Source: the human T2T-CHM13v2.0 reference genome, Homo sapiens. From it: a stretch of DNA of 64,000 bases. The translations under genes and the position numbers were made by a program. How positions within the stretch are numbered: the stretch's first letter is position 1; the number at the start of each line of letters is the position of its first letter. Where the stretch lies: NCBI RefSeq assembly GCF_009914755.1, contig NC_060929.1; one strand, written 5' to 3'. The notes under the pieces were generated by a model. It had not been told where the DNA came from. It did no database searches and saw only the letters and a list, made by a program, of their open reading frames with translations. Shown here in pieces: positions 59,895 to 64,000 of the stretch.

Positions 59895-61429
59895 TAATAA
59901 ATACCACTTTAAATGAAACTATATGAAAACTGAGTAAAATGTAAATCTTTATGTATAACAAGAAAGAAAGTGTTCTTTCTAAACAATTTGTGCCATGTTT
60001 TGGAAAATCGGGACATTTATCTGGACACAGTGATTTGCTTTCCCATAATAATAATAATAACAGTAGTAACAATAGTGTTTTGTGCATATACATTGTACCT
60101 CCATCTCAAGATCTTTTTTGGCCTATTTTTCAGGATCCCTCTAATGATTATTCAGTCTTCTCTTCAATGAAATATGCTAACGCCTGATGAGAGAGCATCT
60201 TTCTTTCATAGCACAGTTAACAACTGTAATTCTTCAACCAGCTGTTCTCTAAGGATTCCCCTGACAAGCTCTTATTTTCATTGCATTATTTCTTTGTTCT
60301 CCTTGTCTAAACTGTACACAAGTTACCCAGATTTTCCACTCTGGCCCCTTTCAATAAAGAACTGCTTTGGCTTGACAAATAATTAGTCATAACCAGTATT
60401 AAAAAATAAATATTACAAATTCTACATGCTAAAATTATATTGTTCTATGTGACTTCTAAATTATTTAACAGTTCATATGTAGAACCTTCTTCCCATAAGG
60501 CTCCATTGGTTTAACTTCTCATTTATGAAAACAATCCCAGTTATTTTATGGAGCTAGTTACCATGTAAACATTATAGCCCATAATCTTATGTCAGGTGTA
60601 GCATGAACTAAAACTCAATCTATGTATACTGTGTTTAGGGCAACTGAATCCAGATACTTGAACATATTAAGATATAAGCCTAAATAAAACAAAATTAAAC
60701 CCTACTTGACTCTTCTCCTTTGTAACCTAGTAAAAAACTTGTAAATTTTTTTTTTGTTGTCAAATATTTATATGTGTACCAATTTAGATCTTGGAATTTC
60801 TACTAAAGAAAGTAATTACCACTTCACTATTAGATACTGTGATAACAAACACAGCAAAGACCATAACAGGCCCAGTCAGTTGAAAGCTATGTGCTACCTT
60901 CAAAATGAGATATTTTTCTTCATTAGACCTTTGTAGTATACCTTCTTATTGGTATTGAAGGTGTGCCTCGTATCTTCACTCAAAACTACTAGATAACCTT
61001 TTTTCATGGTATCAATCCTCGAAGTGGTAATGTGACTATTGAAATAATAGAGTCATGGCTGAATATAAAATTCTATATAAAGAGATATTATTAAAGAAAA
61101 AGAATGAGAGACTGTAGATACCAATAAACAAAAGTGAAAGGAGGTACTATAAACAAATTACTCAGGTTTGGATTAGTTCATTTCCAAGCCTATGTACACT
61201 GGAAGAGTGGCCACTTCTAAGTTGCATTCAGTCTATTACATGTACCGTTGTACATGTCCAGTTCATTGTTTTCATCAAAGGCACATGCAATTCATAGGTA
61301 AGGAAAAAATAAAGTGGCAAGGAGAAAAAGCCTGTTTCTAAGTAGGAGAGTATTCTATTCATTGCAAAAGATGAAAGCAGGTATCTCTTATTACATGTTT
61401 TTGTTCTCAGAGGAACAAGGCCAAAAATA

Positions 61430-62030
61430 TGTGATTTTCGTATTTGTGCTAACGCAGCAGAACTTTTCAAAGTCACTGCCAGAAATGGACCAGCTTTCTT
61501 ACCTGTTTTTTCCATGCTTTAAGTTAAGGATGTCTGCCTCATTATGAACATTGCTGGTTCCCCCAGACTTCTGTAGTCTGGCTTTGCTGTGATTACTGGT
61601 CAAAACCTTTAATTACAGTATATAGTTTGTGCAGCTGCCTGGAAATTGGTCTCAGGGTCAGTGGCTCTTCCCGTTCCCCTCTTTCCATTCTTTTGAAGCA
61701 ATATTGCTGAACTGAAGGCATTGTTCCAGCTTTCTGGTGTGCTCTGTCTGCTGCACATTATGAATAGCTTTGCAATCACTCTAGCAATTGGTTCTTCAAC
61801 TGCCTTTAGGTTGTCAATTGTAATTCATTGGCTTCAGGCACCTTTTCTCTTTTCATTCTCTTGAGGTCTTTTATTACTTAATTTGCAATAATATTAGGGA
61901 ATGTCTTCTTCAGACATGTCACTAATGCCTTACTGATTATGAGGCTGGGGGTACATTTGACTTTCATACATGCGCCTGTTAAAATGTTTCAATATTTCCT
62001 TCATCTCTGTGACTTGTGATGCCAATATTT
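61430..62030 (-). mobile_element. Ancient RTE-clade LINE (L4/RTE-X-like) reverse-transcriptase fragment
   Basis: Frameshifted translation PNIIAN*VIKDLKRMKREKVPEANE / ITIDNLKAVEEPIARVIAKLFIMCSRQSTPESWNNA…ILLQKNG / LRPISRQLHKLYTVI / DFEKFCCV follows the non-LTR RT motif order (K.GKAPG.DGI, P..W..A, YRPISL, DFEKAFDSV). Confidence 0.75.
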
Positions 62031-63135
62031 GCAGTACCTTGCAAAGAAGTTTGCTTAATGCTGAAGTCTTCTCTCTAAAGAATAATCTAAAGACTCCTCC
62101 TTAAGATATTCTTATTGGGGTTAATTTATATAATTAGTTATAGTTATTTTTATAACTTCCCAAAGATATGATTTCTCATTTTTATAATAGGAACTAAGAT
62201 TTCATATTTTCTTCCCATATTATGCCCTATTCTTTTTTAACATATAAAAATTATAATTTCAAGCTCCACACAACTCAGAGATACTGAAGTAGAAATCAAT
62301 GGCTATGTTTTCAGAACCTTTTAAGAAGACCTGTATTTGCTCCTCAGACATATTTGTAGAGATTATATAAGAAAATATTAAGACTATTCAAAATGAGTGA
62401 CAATGCTTCTGCATTACAGAATCAAGAGGAAGTTTTGTTTCTGTTTTTTCAGGGGAAGGAATAAACAAATATATCTCTTGCTCCATTAAGAAAAAAAGTA
62501 AACCATTTGTGCATTATGTCTCAAATCCTTAGTTCTGGATAAAATCCAACAGATTAACCCTTCTCATTAGTCTCAGCCATCTCAGAGCAACCAAGGGTAT
62601 TTTAAAGCAGACACTATGTAATAATAATAATGATAATAATTATCATAATTATAATAACTAACGCTTATTGTGCTTTTTATCTTCAAAGTACCTTACTGAC
62701 ATTAACTATGTCTCTATTTTCAAATTAATTTACCTCGACAAATGTTTTATTAACTTTGTAAGCTATGGAATGTGTAGTGACTGAGTTCTCTTTTGCAAAT
62801 AAAAAAATAAATGAAAGGAACTAAGGGACAAGGAAAGGGTACCTTAAACTTTTGCCTCAAATCAGCCATTGCCTTTGTTGAATGAGGATTAATGAAATGC
62901 TAATTTTTATAAAATATAATATTAACATACAGATCTAAAGTGTGAAGATCACCACTACAACAACACAAATACATACTACCTCAAAAAGATTAGAAAGTAG
63001 CCAAATAATATTGTTTGGATAAAATCAGTCTCTAACTTTACTAGTTATGATTCATTATAAAATATTTAAATATGCATACAAAGTATTAAATATAAGAATT
63101 TTTTAAAATCCTTCTAAGTTTCACTTACGTAATAA

Positions 63136-63454
<319 letters not shown>

Positions 63455-64000
63455 TAAAACCATGTCATTATGTTCCCTTAGAGCTTCATTATGTACCAGT
63501 CTCTATGTGATAAATCTAAACAGGAAAAAAATAGATTTTGATGCTAGCAAACAACATAAGTTCTATAAGATAAATATAAGCAATTATTTTAAAATGTATT
63601 AAAAGAATATCATTTGGCCAAGATGTCCAGCCAATTTCTATGAGGGATTTTGGAAAGAGAATAGTACCCTGATATGGTGTTAAAAAAAGTCCACAAATAG
63701 ACAAACACAAATGTAGAAACATAAAATCAAACATTTGTAAATACGATAATTAACAAGTTGAATCTTTTTAAAACTATGTATTAACATGGTTAGAGTGGTG
63801 AGGATTCGAGGAAGATGTGGTTTGTAAGCAATATTAACAGGTCAGGTTTGGTGTTTCAGGAAAATAAAAATTTTTATATTCAAGGATAAAAATAGATGCA
63901 TTGGCTTGAGTAAAGAGAGAGTAAGGAAATCTGGATAAAGTTGATGGTATGAAGGCAGTAAGAAAGGATGTATGGTAAGATTCGGAGGTAGTCACTCTTT

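Overview
Primate (almost certainly human) non-coding genomic DNA. It is AT-rich and carries about 33 Alu-family SINEs (J, S and Y types, most with readable target-site duplications, TSDs). Other repeats are a two-LTR THE1A MaLR element with an intact 5-bp TSD, solo THE1D, MST and MLT1 LTRs, L1M, L2 and MIR fragments, MER8, MER20 and MER33 DNA-transposon fossils, a full-length 7SL (RN7SL) pseudogene, an ERVL protease-region fragment and a decayed RTE-clade LINE reverse-transcriptase fragment. I found no recognisable protein-coding exon. Most ORF-track entries are Alu-, LTR- or STR-derived or chance ORFs. Repeat orientation bias and several splice-site-bounded segments suggest the window lies inside a minus-strand transcription unit (a large intron or lncRNA); I could not identify the host gene. 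I see no convincing novel biological system. The best leads are an MST LTR hit five times by Alu with a re-used target site, a possibly exonised RTE-LINE fossil, candidate minus-strand non-coding exons, and perfect short-spacer palindromes. Repeat subfamily names come from recalled consensus features, not from a RepeatMasker run.
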